From Scyliorhinus canicula (lineage: Eukaryota): a DNA stretch of 64,000 bases. Both the position numbers and the translations under genes were made by a program. Location of the stretch: NCBI RefSeq assembly GCF_902713615.1, contig NC_052164.1:81381830-81445829 (forward strand). The letters are read 5' to 3'. Shown here in pieces: positions 38,114-48,920 of this stretch; positions within the stretch are counted from its first letter, which is position 1; each line of letters opens with the position of its first letter. The notes under the pieces were generated by a model. The model ran no database searches. It saw only the letters and a program-made list of their open reading frames with translations, and was not told the origin of the DNA.

Positions 38114-39454
38114 CCCCCACCTGCAGTAGACGCCAATGGGAATAACTTCAAGAAGACTCGTGTAGGAGTAATGTTGGATGTAAATGGGAAGGAGAGGTAA
38201 CTAGAAATAAAAGGGAAGAAACTAGGAGTGACAATTGGGGAGGAGGTAGTTTAGAGAAACCAAATATGGCACTTTGGAATGGGAGAGAAATTAGGATGGG
38301 TATGGAGGTGGAGAGGTGTAATTCTTGGAAAGTGCCACTACCCATAGAATCCCTAGAGTGCAGATGGCCATTCAGCCCCTTGAGCTTGCACCCACTTCCC
38401 CACCCTATTCTCACAACCCTACATAACCTTTGGATACTTAGGAACAATTTACCATGGCCAATCCACCTAACCTCCACACCTTTGGACTGTGGGAGGAAAC
38501 TGGAGCACCCATGGGAAACCCACGCTGACACGGGGAGAACGTACAGACTCCACACAGACAGTCACTCATGGCTGGAAACAGACCCAGGTCCCTGGCGCTG
38601 TGAGGCAGCAGTGCTAACCCCTGTGCCAACGTGCCATCCACTATGAGATGAGAGGGTAGATTGTGACTGTATTAATTGGAAGAGGATTTGAAGAAGGAGG
38701 ATGCCATCTTAAAGTGTGCCCGTTTAATTGGGGAATGGAAGAAAATCACCCGCTAGATCTAGACTGGCACCAGAAGCTGCTAAAAGCTATTTTAAAGAAA
38801 TGTTTTAAATGAATTTGCTTCCTGCACTCCTGACAACATGATTTGGGGAATAAGTCAGATTTGAAAATTCCTCTGCGATTGGGGAATTATTTTCAAAAGT
38901 AAGTTAGTTTGATTTTTTTCCAGTTGGTAATAGAGTAGTTTTCAATGAAGAATGAATACATCTGCTTAAGGTTGTAAAATGTAATGCCATCGTGCATTAC
39001 AGATTCCGAAATACTGGAACCTGCAGAAAATAAATTCTATAAATCAAAGACTTATCTAGACAGTAGGACCCAGAGCACAACCTTTTTGTCTTCAACATTT
39101 GATTTTCCATTCTTGTTTTCATGCACAGCATTAAAACACCAGGTAGAAACCCTAAGTTTTTTTTTCTGTGATATATATGATGAAATGATGACTACCCCTG
39201 CATTTTGAGTAATAAATTGCAGGGTAGATTCTGATACCTGGATTCGAAGGATTAAATTACAAGGCAAGCTTTCACAAACTAGGGTTACATTCCTGGAATT
39301 TAGAAGGTAGAAAGATGATGTGGTCAAAATGTTCAAAATATTAAGGGGAACAGATAGGGAAGGCAGGGACAAACTATTTGGGGATTCTAGGACGAGGGGG
39401 CATAGTCTAAAAATTAGGGGTGAAATTAGGAAACATTTTGTACACATAAGAAAA

Positions 39455-41130
39455 ACATCCATGGCTAAGCAAGGAAGTTAAGGGTAATATAAAGACAAAA
39501 ACTAAAGCATACCATATCACAAAGGCCAATAGCAGGCTGGAAATATGGGAAACTTTTAAAGATCAACAAAGGGTTCCCAAAAATATAATAAAAAGAGCAT
39601 AGATAAATTATGAAAGAAAAGTAGTGCAGAATATAAAAAAGAGCAAAAGCTTCTATAAGTATATAAAAAGGGAAGAGAGTAGCTAAAGTGAATATTGATC
39701 CCTTGGAGAATGAGACCAGGTTGTTGCCTTTCATTCCCACCTGCAGTAGACACCAATGGGAATAACTTCAAGAAGACTCGTGTCGGAGTAATGTTGGATG
39801 AAAATGGAAATGAGAGGTAAATAGAAATAAAGAGGGAAGAAACCAGGAGTGACAATCCATCTACACGTCCTGCTGCCTGGGGAAAGCGGGCAGCATAATC
39901 AACGACCCCTCCCACCCGGCTTACTCACTCTTCCAACTTCTTCCATCGGGCAGGAGATACAGAAGTCTGAGAACACGCACGAACAGGCTCAAAAACAACT
40001 TCTTCCCCGCTGTTACCAGACTCCTAAATGACCCACTTATGGACTGACCTCATTAACACTGCACCCTGTATGCTTCATCCGATGCCGGTGCTTATGTAGT
40101 TACATTATATACCTTGTGTTGCCCTATTATGTATTTTCTTTCATTCCCTTTCCTTCCCATGTACTTAATGATCTGTTGAGCTGCTCACAGAGAAAAAAAC
40201 ATTTCACTGTACCTCGGTACACATGACAATAAACAATTCCAATCCAATTGGGGGGTGGGGGGGGGGGGGGGGGGGGTAGGAACACAATATGGAAAAGATA
40301 CTAAATCAATATTTTGCCTCAGTTTTCACGGTGGAGGGCACTAGTACCATCCCGATAGTAACAGGCACTGCAAAGGTAATAGAAAGGGAGTAACTTGGAA
40401 CAATCAATAGGAAAAAGTACTAAACCAAGTATTAGGATTAAAGGCAGACAAGTCCCCAGGGCCTGATGGCCCACATCCTAGGGTCTTAGGCAGTAGAGTT
40501 AGTAGATCCATTGTTTATAATATTCCAAAATTCCCTGGACGCGGGAAAGGTTCCAGTGGACTGGAAAATGCTAATGTAATGCCCTTATTCAAAAAGGGAG
40601 GGAGGCAAAAAGTTGGAAAGTACAGAGCAGTCTGTTTAATATCTGTTGTTGGGAAATTGTTAGAACCCATTATTAAGGATGTAATAACAGGACATTTGGA
40701 AAATCAAAACGCTATCCCATCAGAGTCAGCATAGTTTTATGAAGGGTAAAGCATGTTTGATGAATTTGCGACAGTTCTTCTAAGATGCAACAGCCAAGTC
40801 GATAATGGGGATCATGTAGATGTAGTATATCTGGACACCCAGAAAGCATTTGATAAGGTGCCACTTAATGAGTTAATACACAAAGTAAAATCACATGGGA
40901 CTATGGGCAATTTATTAGCTTGGTAGAAGACTGGCTAATCGACAGAAGATGGGGAGATGGGATAAATGGGCCTTTTTCTGATTGGCAAGATATAACTAAT
41001 GGGGTGCCACAGGGTTCGGTCCTGGGGACCCCAACTATTTTACAATATATATTAATGACTTGGATGTAGTGATAGCAGGTACTATAGTCAATTTGAAGAT
41101 GACACAAAAATAGGCGGGATATTAAAATAT
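39455..41130 (+). mobile_element. CR1 LINE ORF2 fragment, interrupted by a Rex element
   Basis: KADKSPGPDG.HPRVL, VYLD.QKAFDKVP, GVPQGSVLG, YINDLD motifs. An inverted CR1 3' piece lies at 39195-39450. Confidence 0.85.
39853..40247 (+). mobile_element. Rex1/Babar LINE 3' end
   Basis: IYTS.CLGKAGSIINDPSHPAYSLFQLLPSGRRYRSLRTRTNRLKNNFFPAVTRLLN*, followed by a 3' UTR and (ccaat) tail. A tail fragment also lies at ~60580-60690 (-). Confidence 0.8.
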
Positions 41131-41386
41131 TATCTGTGCGATTCAGATATTGAATTAAGTTTATTGCCAAAAAGGGATGACAGGAAAGTGGATTTGAGAC
41201 CACACCCAGAGCAGCTTTGATAAAGAGTCATCCGACTCGAAACATTAGCTCCATTCTCTCTCCACAGATGCTGCCAGACCTGTTGAGATTGTCCAGTATT
41301 TTCTGCTTTTGTTTTAGCTTTGTTCTGATTGAATGGCAGAGCAGGCTCCAAGGGCTGAATGGACATCTACTGCTCCTAAATCCTAT

Positions 41387-42837
41387 GGGCGCGATTCTCC
41401 CATATGGGGAGAAATCGTAAGGCTGCCGTCAAATCCGGGCGGGTTTGACACCAGCCCCCCCCTTCCCGACCGGGAACCGATTCTGGTCCCCGGTCGGGGC
41501 TAGCAGCCCGACGCCGTAGGCTCCGGCAAGACGGGCTTAACGAAAATCGTTAAGCCCGCTTGCCGGAGTTAGCGCCGGCTGACGCGTCATATGACGTCAG
41601 CCGCGCATGCGCAGTTTGGAAGACTCCAACCCGCGCATGCGCGGGTGACGTCATCGCGTTTTTGCGCGAAACCCGCGCATGCGCGGGCCGGGTTGCCCCT
41701 CAGCCGCCCCGCGAATGGATACTGCGGGGCGGCGGAAGGACAAGTAGTGCGCGGGAATCGGGCCCGCTGCCCGCGATCGGTGCCCACCGATCGCGGGCCC
41801 ATGGCACCCTTGGCACGGCCGTGGTACTGCCGTGCCAATCGGTGCCATGGTTATTAATAGCGAGTTTGTGACGCCGTTTTTACGAACGGCATGACCAGGG
41901 GCGAAATTCTCCCCCCCCCCACGACGGGTGGGAGAATAGCGGGAGGGCCTTCCCGACTTTTTTGACGCCCTCCCGCTATTCTCCCACCCCCCCGCCGAAA
42001 TCCCGACACGAATCGCTGCCGCCGTTTTTTTACGGCCGGCAGCGATTCACAGCTGTTAGAAGGGCCGAAGTCCCAGCCCTTTACGACCTTTTTACGAACG
42101 GCAAACACACCTGGTCCTGCCGTTCGTAAAAAACGTCGTGACCACCTGGAAAAAAATAACCATGGCACCGATTGGCACGGCAGTACCACGGCCGTGCCAA
42201 GGGTGCCATGGGCCCGCGATCGGTGCCCACCGATCGCGGGCAGCGGGCCCGATGCCCGCGCACTATTTGTCCTTCCGCCGCCCCGCAGTATCAATACGCG
42301 GGGCGGCTGAGGGGCAACCCGAACCGCGCATGCGCGGGTTTCGCGCAAAAAACGCGATGATGTCACCCGCGCATGCGCGGGTGGAGTCTTCCCACCTGCG
42401 CATGCGCGGCTGACGTCATATGACGCGTCAGCCGGCGCTAAGTCCGACAAGCGGGTTTAACGATTTTCGTTAAGCCCGACTTGTCGGAGCCTCCGACGCC
42501 GGGCTGCTAGCCCCGACGGGGGACCAGAATCGGTCCCCCGTCGGGAAGGGGCGCGATGCCGTAAAACCCGCCCGGGTTTTACGGCAGTTTGACGATTTCT
42601 CCCGTTTTGGGAGAATTTCGCCCCAGGTGTGTTTGCCGTTCGTAAAAACGGCGGAAAGGGCTGGGACTTCGGCCCATCTAACAGCTGAGAATCGCTGCCG
42701 GCCGTAAAAAAACGGCGGCAGCGATTCGGGTCGGGACTTCGGCGGGGGGGTGGGAGAATAGCGGGAGGGCGGCAAAAATGTCGGAAAGGCCCTCCCGCTA
42801 TTCTCCCACCCGTCGTGGGGGGCGGAGAATTTCGCCC
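41387..42837 (-). mobile_element. Harbinger-type MITE, copy 3 (diverged subfamily, opposite orientation), containing nested copy 4
   Basis: TIRs GGGCGCGATTCTCC / GGAGAATTTCGCCC and TSD TAT; ~723 bp after removing the nested copy; inserted in a CR1-type tail. Confidence 0.85.
41899..42623 (+). mobile_element. Harbinger-type MITE, copy 4, nested in copy 3
   Basis: Perfect 15-bp TIRs; TSD CAG (41896-41898 / 42624-42626). Confidence 0.9.
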
Positions 42838-42989
42838 TATGTTCCTCAAGCACTCAGAGCAGAGAATTTAATTTTGAACAGTATTTTTTTAAATCACGCT
42901 GATATCCAATAAGCTGTTGCGCATTTTCTAAATGAAAACATGATTTAACATGTTAAAGATAACATGCATGCCAGGCCCTAAAGTCCAGG

Positions 42990-43451
42990 TTCGAGGGGCG
43001 GAAGTGGATGTGATGGTTGGTGACTAGCGGGGCGGAAGTGAGGCGGGGGATAGCGGAACGGAAATAAGGCTGGAGGGGTGATGCGGAAGTGGGATGGGGG
43101 TAAGGTAGCAGGACGGAAATGGGGTTGGAGGTGAGCGACGAGCGGGGCGGAAGTATAGCTTGAGGTGGTGACAAGCGGGGAGGAAGGAAGACGGGTGGTG
43201 AGTGACTCGTGGGGCGGAAGTGGGGCCTGAGGGTCGGCGCCGTGGGGGAAGGGGCCGAAGGTCGGAGCTAGCGGGGCGGAAGTGGGATCCAGGTCGGAGC
43301 TAGCGGGGCGGAAGTGAGGCCCAGATCGGAGCGAGCGGGATGAAAAGAGGCGCCTGATTCGTAATTGGGGTCGAGCGACTTAGCCTACGGGGTTGGGGGG
43401 AGGGTAGGGTAGAGGGAACGGGACGGGGGAAGAGTTTGGACTGAAGGCACC
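42990..43451 (+). promoter_or_regulatory. RBM7 CpG promoter with ETS/GABP plus GC-box array
   Basis: Seven CGGAAGT cores, mostly as GGGGCGGAAGTG, between ~42995 and 43320, upstream of the Kozak ATG at 43452. Confidence 0.75.
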
Positions 43452-43544
43452 ATGGGGGTATCGAGCGACGCGGACAAGACATTGTTCGTCGGGAACCTGG
43501 ATCAGAGAGTGACGGAGGAGCTTCTGTTCGAGTTGTTCCTGCAG
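43452..43544 (+). CDS. RBM7: RNA-binding protein 7, exon 1
   Basis: accATGg; MGVSSDADKTLFVGNLDQRVTEELLFELFLQ (RNP2); donor CAG|gtggg. Confidence 0.93.
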
Positions 43545-44032
43545 GTGGGCCAGGGCCTGTCGAGGCCTCTCCGCCTCGGGGTCTTCCCTTCTCCCGTCCC
43601 GACGGTTCCCGCTTGTTCCCCAGGGTAACCTGGGGCTGTTCAAACTCTATCCTGAATTCTCTTCATCTGGTGCGCGCGTTAACTGGGTCAGATTCAAATC
43701 TGCCATTTAAACCAGGAGAATGTTTGTGCTGCCAGCGGGAGAAAGTTTCCCAGAGAACAAATTTACAAAAAGAACCCCCTCCCTTTCTGACCAAGAGTCT
43801 TCCAGACTCGCCGGGGCTTCTCTCTCCACAAATGCTGCCAGACCTGCTGGGTTTATCCAACCACTTTCTGTTTTTAGTTCAGATTCACTGCTTGGCTTTA
43901 ACCTGTCTGGTTGCTTCATTAACTCCCCCAGCCACTTTGCAAGTCGATGGCTGTGTGTGTGTATGTGAACTGAAAATGTGTACCCGCTCTCTCTGCGTCT
44001 CACTTTCCCCACCCCTTTTGCTGTTTTGCCAG

Positions 44033-44195
44033 GCTGGCCCACTCCTGGCAGTAAAAATCCCCAAGGACAAGGATGGAAAATCAAAGCAGTTCGCGTTTGT
44101 GCATTTCAAACACGTGGAGTCGGTCCATTATGGAAAAGACTTGTTGAATGGGATACAACTGCATGGCAAGGCCATCAAGATCCAGTTCAGATCAG
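44033..44195 (+). CDS. RBM7: RBM7 exon 2
   Basis: 163 nt, AGPLLAVKIPKDKDGKSKQFAFVHFKHVESVHYGKDLLNGIQLHGKAIKIQFRS(G); RNP1. Confidence 0.95.
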
Positions 44196-45273
44196 GTGAG
44201 GAACGGTTCTCTTTCATGTTTCGCTTTGCAACTTATTTCCTGCTTTTACCAGGCGATGATTCCAATTCTAAAAGCAAGATACTGCGGACGCTGGAAACTG
44301 AAACAAAAACACATGATACTGGAAAAACGCAGCATGTTTGAAAGCATCTGTGGAGAGAGAGTAAAGTTAACCTTTATTGTAAATTTGTCACTCTTGATTT
44401 TTCCAGATCCGAGAGAATGTAAATCTGTTGCCAGGTGTCCATTATTTGAGCAGGTTGTAGATATTTCTGGTTGCATTTGTTGGAGGTGGATGGGATGGCA
44501 GGATAGCACTGTCACTTCACAGCGCAAGGGTCCGAGGTTCGATTCCCGGCTTGGGTCACTGTCTGTGTGGAGTCTGCATGTTCTCCCCGTGTCTGCGTGA
44601 GTTTCCTGATTTGCTTGTTAGGTGAATTGGACATTCTTGTGTACCCGAACAGGTGCCGGAGTGTGATAACTAGGGGCTTTTCACAGCAACCTCATTGCAG
44701 TGTTAATGTAAACCTACTTGTGACACTAATAACAATTATTATTAGTATTAACGACTGTGCAAAGATTCTTGTCAATATTGCAACCAATAATTTTGTAATT
44801 TGACTTAATTTTTTTTGACAATTGACCCAATTTAAAGAGGAGTTTGATATTTTTATCATTGTGGAAATATTTTGGACTTTAAACCAGATGTACCACCATA
44901 ATTCTGTGCACTCTTGAGCTACTAAGCCATCAGCTGATCTGGTGCTTTGCAAATGGACTGTGATAATGCTGTTACTACCAGTCATAACGTTTTACAACAC
45001 AGTAAGAGACTTCTTGGCCCATCGTGATTGTTGGGGTATGTCTTCTGCCAGCCATAAATTAGATGCTTTTAATTAGAGTGGAGATGCTGCTTCTGGTTTA
45101 AGCTGTTGCGGGAAAGTGGAATGTAAGTGAATTTGCAGGAAAGGCAAGCAGCAACATTGGTCGTTTTCTTCTATTGAGATCCACAGATTTAAAATGTATT
45201 TCCTAATGCAGGAAAATTTAAAATCAACTTTTGTATTTAATATTTGCAGTAATTTCCGGTCTTGTTTTCCTAG

Positions 45274-45367
45274 GCAGTATTCATGAATCTCGGGAAGGAA
45301 GTCCCCAGTCTCCGAATTCAACTGCTTCTCTCAGTCCGTACAATTCTAACCAGTTCAGCAATAACCG
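45274..45367 (+). CDS. RBM7: RBM7 exon 3
   Basis: 94 nt, tag/gtatag sites, phase-compatible; (G)SIHESREGSPQSPNSTASLSPYNSNQFSNN(R). Confidence 0.85.
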
Positions 45368-46574
45368 GTATAGACTTGTCAATTCTTTTATTCTTTGGTT
45401 TGTGCGTGATTCGGAATGTAATCTGTTATATCAGACTTGTAAAAATACAATTGCAATCCACTTCATTTGGTGGACCTTGCAAGGGTGTTAGTGCTGCTTT
45501 TTAGATTCTGAATATTAGAGTTGTCTTTTCTGTTTTGAATTCCTGAAGTTTTTCTGAGCTAGAGTTGGGAGCCATACTGATTATTGGCATTACTTGTTAT
45601 ATCTGGGGAATTTTGGATGATGTTTGTTTGGCACTTCCATACAATTGTATGACTATCTAGCCGCTGTAATTGTGTGGAAAATCTGACATAAAATCACTGT
45701 TTGCGGTTGTCTCAAACCATGTGCATCGCATTCGAAGTTAGTGCCTGCATCACAAGGCGACATTAACAAATGCACCAAATAGAGTTGTCACAACTCTGTT
45801 AGGGCCTCACGGTAGCATGGTGGTTAGCATCAATGCTTCACAGCTCCAGGGTCCCAGGTTCGATTCCCGGCTGGGTCACTGTCTGTGTGGAGTCTGCACG
45901 TCCTCCCCGTGTGTGCGTAGGTTTCCTCCGGGTGCTCCGGTTTCCTCCCAAAGTCCAAAGATGTGCGGGTTAGGTGGATTGGCCATGCTAAATTGCCCGT
46001 AGTGTAAGGTTAATGGGGGGATTGTTGGGTTACGGGTTACGTGGGTTTAAGTGGGGTGATCATTGCTCGGCACAACATCGAGGGCCGAAGGGCCTGTTCT
46101 GTGCTGTACTGTTCTATGTTCTATGTTCTACAAGAAACTTGAGACATTGAAGATATTACCAACGGTTAAGAGAATTTCAATACATTCAATCTTAGTTGCC
46201 ATTAATTTTCATCTCATTATATTCCATGCAGTTCATATGTTGTAAACGTAACTCCATGAATCAGATCTCTTAGATTCTGGAAACAGCTGAAATAGATGTG
46301 GGGGGGGGGGGGGGGGGGGTGCAGTGAGCTAAATCCTGCACTTTCTTTCCCAACCGAATAAACATACAAGTTAATTAGGACAATAGAAGTTGGGGATTAG
46401 AAGAATGATTTTAAGTTAAAACACCAGGCAGAAGCCTTGGAGGGGGGGAGAGGAGAAGAAGAAAATGTCCAAGTGATAAATGGTGGGATTGTGGAGTATT
46501 GGGGCTCTTCCTGTACCAATGCAATTTTGCAGCATTTCTGAATTGTATTTGAACAGATTCTTGCAGTCTGGGAC

Positions 46575-46925
46575 TGTCTACAAAATTATGAGGGGCATAG
46601 ACGGGGTAGATAGTCAGAGACTTTTTTTTCCCAGGGTAGAGAGGTCAATTACTGGGGGGCATAGGTTTAAACTGTGAGGGGCAAGGTTTAGAGGAGATGT
46701 GGAGGCAAGTTTTTTTTTTTTTACACAGCGGGTAGAGGAAACTCATTGCCGGAGGAGCTTGTTGAAGCAGGGACGATAGTGACGTTTAAGGGGCATGTTG
46801 ACAAATACATGAATAGGATGGGAATAAAGGAATACGGACCCCGGAAGTGTAGAAGATTTTAGTTTAGATGGGCAGCATGGTCGGCGCAGTCTTGGAGGGC
46901 CTGTTCCTGTGCTGTACTTTTCTTC
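46575..46925 (+). mobile_element. CR1 (HER1-like) LINE 3' fragment in RBM7 intron 3
   Basis: VYKIMRGIDGVDSQRLF..TGGHRFK; tail gggcctgttcctgtgctgtac, shared with the V-SINEs. Confidence 0.8.
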
Positions 46926-47031
46926 TTTGTATATATTTTAGTTCTATTGTTTCTTGGATCCTGTTGTAAAGTGTTCCACCTTTTCTTGTGTGCTCTCTCT
47001 TTCTCACCCTGACTCCCACACCCTGTGACAG

Positions 47032-47134
47032 ATTTGGCCGGGGAATGGATAACATTGGCTCTCCAATATTTGCAACTCCCCAGCCTGTACAGAGATCATT
47101 CTCTTCACCTGATAGTCTTCAGCGGCAGGTCATG
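47032..47134 (+). CDS. RBM7: RBM7 exon 4
   Basis: 103 nt, FGRGMDNIGSPIFATPQPVQRSFSSPDSLQRQVM; conserved QRSFSSP; donor ATG|gtaagt. Confidence 0.93.
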
Positions 47135-47694
47135 GTAAGTAACGTCACCTTTTCATTAATAATCTTATTTCCTGCCAAGTTTATTGGGATAAAACTATTG
47201 AGCCTCAAATGAAATACAGATTTCAAGGTCCAGTATACTACTGTACTCTAATTCAGATATCATACATGTACTTTTTCCAGTAAAATGTCATTTTAAGAAC
47301 CATTACTCTTTATGAAAGCCCGTTTTTCCCTTTTTATCAATTGCTGTTTGCAGTATGTTTTTCAGTGCTCTCATCCTGAAATTCCCTGCATGAGTACATA
47401 CCTCCTAAATATTTAAGAATATATTGTTTACATATGCCATATGTAGTTCCAATACCTTCTATCAGGTAACCCCCAGTCTTGTCTTCCTTGGGTTATCTTT
47501 GATATCAGTTAAGCATTTTGGGGTTAGCGTGGTTTTTGATTTGCATATGCTTTGACCACTCATGCTATTTGCAGTGTTTCTGGGTAATAAAACGGCTTCA
47601 TGAACTTGTATCCCCACTTTTACAGGAGTCATTCTTTTTCCTGTTCTATCGGAATTAACTTAAGATATGGGTTCCATCACTTTTTTTTGTTTTC

Positions 47695-48073
47695 AGCCAT
47701 GGGATGTGGTCATCACTGACAAGACCAGCAGTTGTTGTCCATCCCTAAGTGCCTTGAACTGAGTGATTTGATGGGGTATTCATTTCAGAGGGCCGTTAAG
47801 AGTCAACCACATTGGTGAGCCTGGAGTTACATGTAGGCCAGACCAAGTAAGAGCCAGCTGATTTCCCTCCCAAAAGGGCATTACTGGTCTTGATGAGGGT
47901 TTTTTTCTTACAACAATCAATGATAATTGGCATGGTCACCATTACTGAGACCAACTTTATATTTATTAACTGAATTCAAATTCCACCAATTTTTGTGCAC
48001 TGGGGGTTGTGTCCTCCAAAGCATTAGCTTGGGCCTCCTGGATCATCAGTCCCGTGATTCACACTATGCCACC
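47695..48073 (-). mobile_element. tRNA-derived SINE with CR1/L2-type tail (SacSINE1/Deu-like) in RBM7 intron 4
   Basis: Minus strand begins ggtggcatagtg..ccaggaggcccaagctaatgct and continues tggcctacatgtaactccag..gtggttgactcttaac. A tail fragment also lies at ~6500-6580. The family name is tentative. Confidence 0.55.
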
Positions 48074-48485
48074 ATCTTTCTTCTGTACTCTCTTTGAAAG
48101 GGCTATTTATCCAATTAATCTTACTCCCCTGGTCTTTTTCCATAGCCCTGCAAATTGTTTTTCCAAGTATATATACAATTTTGTTTTCAAAGATTTTGAA
48201 TCTTTTCCCCCACCATCCTTTCAGGTGGTTGCTGGATTTTAAAGTATTTTCTTTGTCTTTTCTCCTGCTTCTTTTCCAATTGGCTTGAATTTTTAACCTC
48301 CGGATGGTAATTTTTCTGCCTGTTGAATCGGTTTATCCTTCCTAGTACTAATCACCTTCAGGTGTTGTATTTGTCAGTTTTGTACCTGCATATAACTTTC
48401 ATTGATTGTGCTGATTGCTCTCTCCTGTCAGCTCTGATTTTGAATTTTGCAGATTTGAAAGCTTTGATTTTCTTTTAACTTGCAG

Positions 48486-48920
48486 ATGAACAATATGTGG
48501 CAGCAACACGCCAGGGGAGGGCAGCAGAATTATAGTTCCTCAATGCAGCAGTCGAATGCCAACAACCGATCCACGCAGCAACAACCCTATCGAGGAGCGC
48601 CTTCTAGCCAGCAATCAACGCCTCCGAATTATAACACCCCTGTCCAACCAAGGTCATCCAGTCCAAATTCACGAATTACATGGCAATCGGAAAAATCATC
48701 ATCTGGCGGCCACAGGCAGCAGGCGCATTCATCCTACCGATCAGATGATGGCCATTTTACTCGAGATGGCCACTTCCAGGATCACAGTCCGGACCAACAC
48801 TATAGGGGGAGCCGCGAGCCTGAGTCCCAACACGACCAAAGCTCTCACCACAACAGAAGTTGGGATTATGATTACAGGAGGGAGCCCGCTAGAGGCAGCA
48901 GACGTCGAAATTGGCAATGA
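48486..48920 (+). CDS. RBM7: RBM7 exon 5 (last coding exon)
   Basis: ttgcag acceptor; Q/S/R/H-rich low-complexity tail ending RRRNWQ*. Spliced CDS is 888 nt = 295 aa plus stop. Confidence 0.88.
   Translation: MNNMWQQHARGGQQNYSSSMQQSNANNRSTQQQPYRGAPSSQQSTPPNYNTPVQPRSSSPNSRITWQSEKSSSGGHRQQAHSSYRSDDGHFTRDGHFQDHSPDQHYRGSREPESQHDQSSHHNRSWDYDYRREPARGSRRRNWQ

Noticed and set aside
42953-43643. A C11orf71 orthologue antisense to the RBM7 promoter
   Set aside because: The minus-strand ORFs here are Pro/Ser-rich products of the G-rich promoter, and I see no similarity to C11orf71.
43613-44341. 242-aa ORF as a single-exon RRM gene
   Set aside because: Only 44033-44195 is RBM7 exon 2; the rest is intron read-through that includes Penelope-like fragments.
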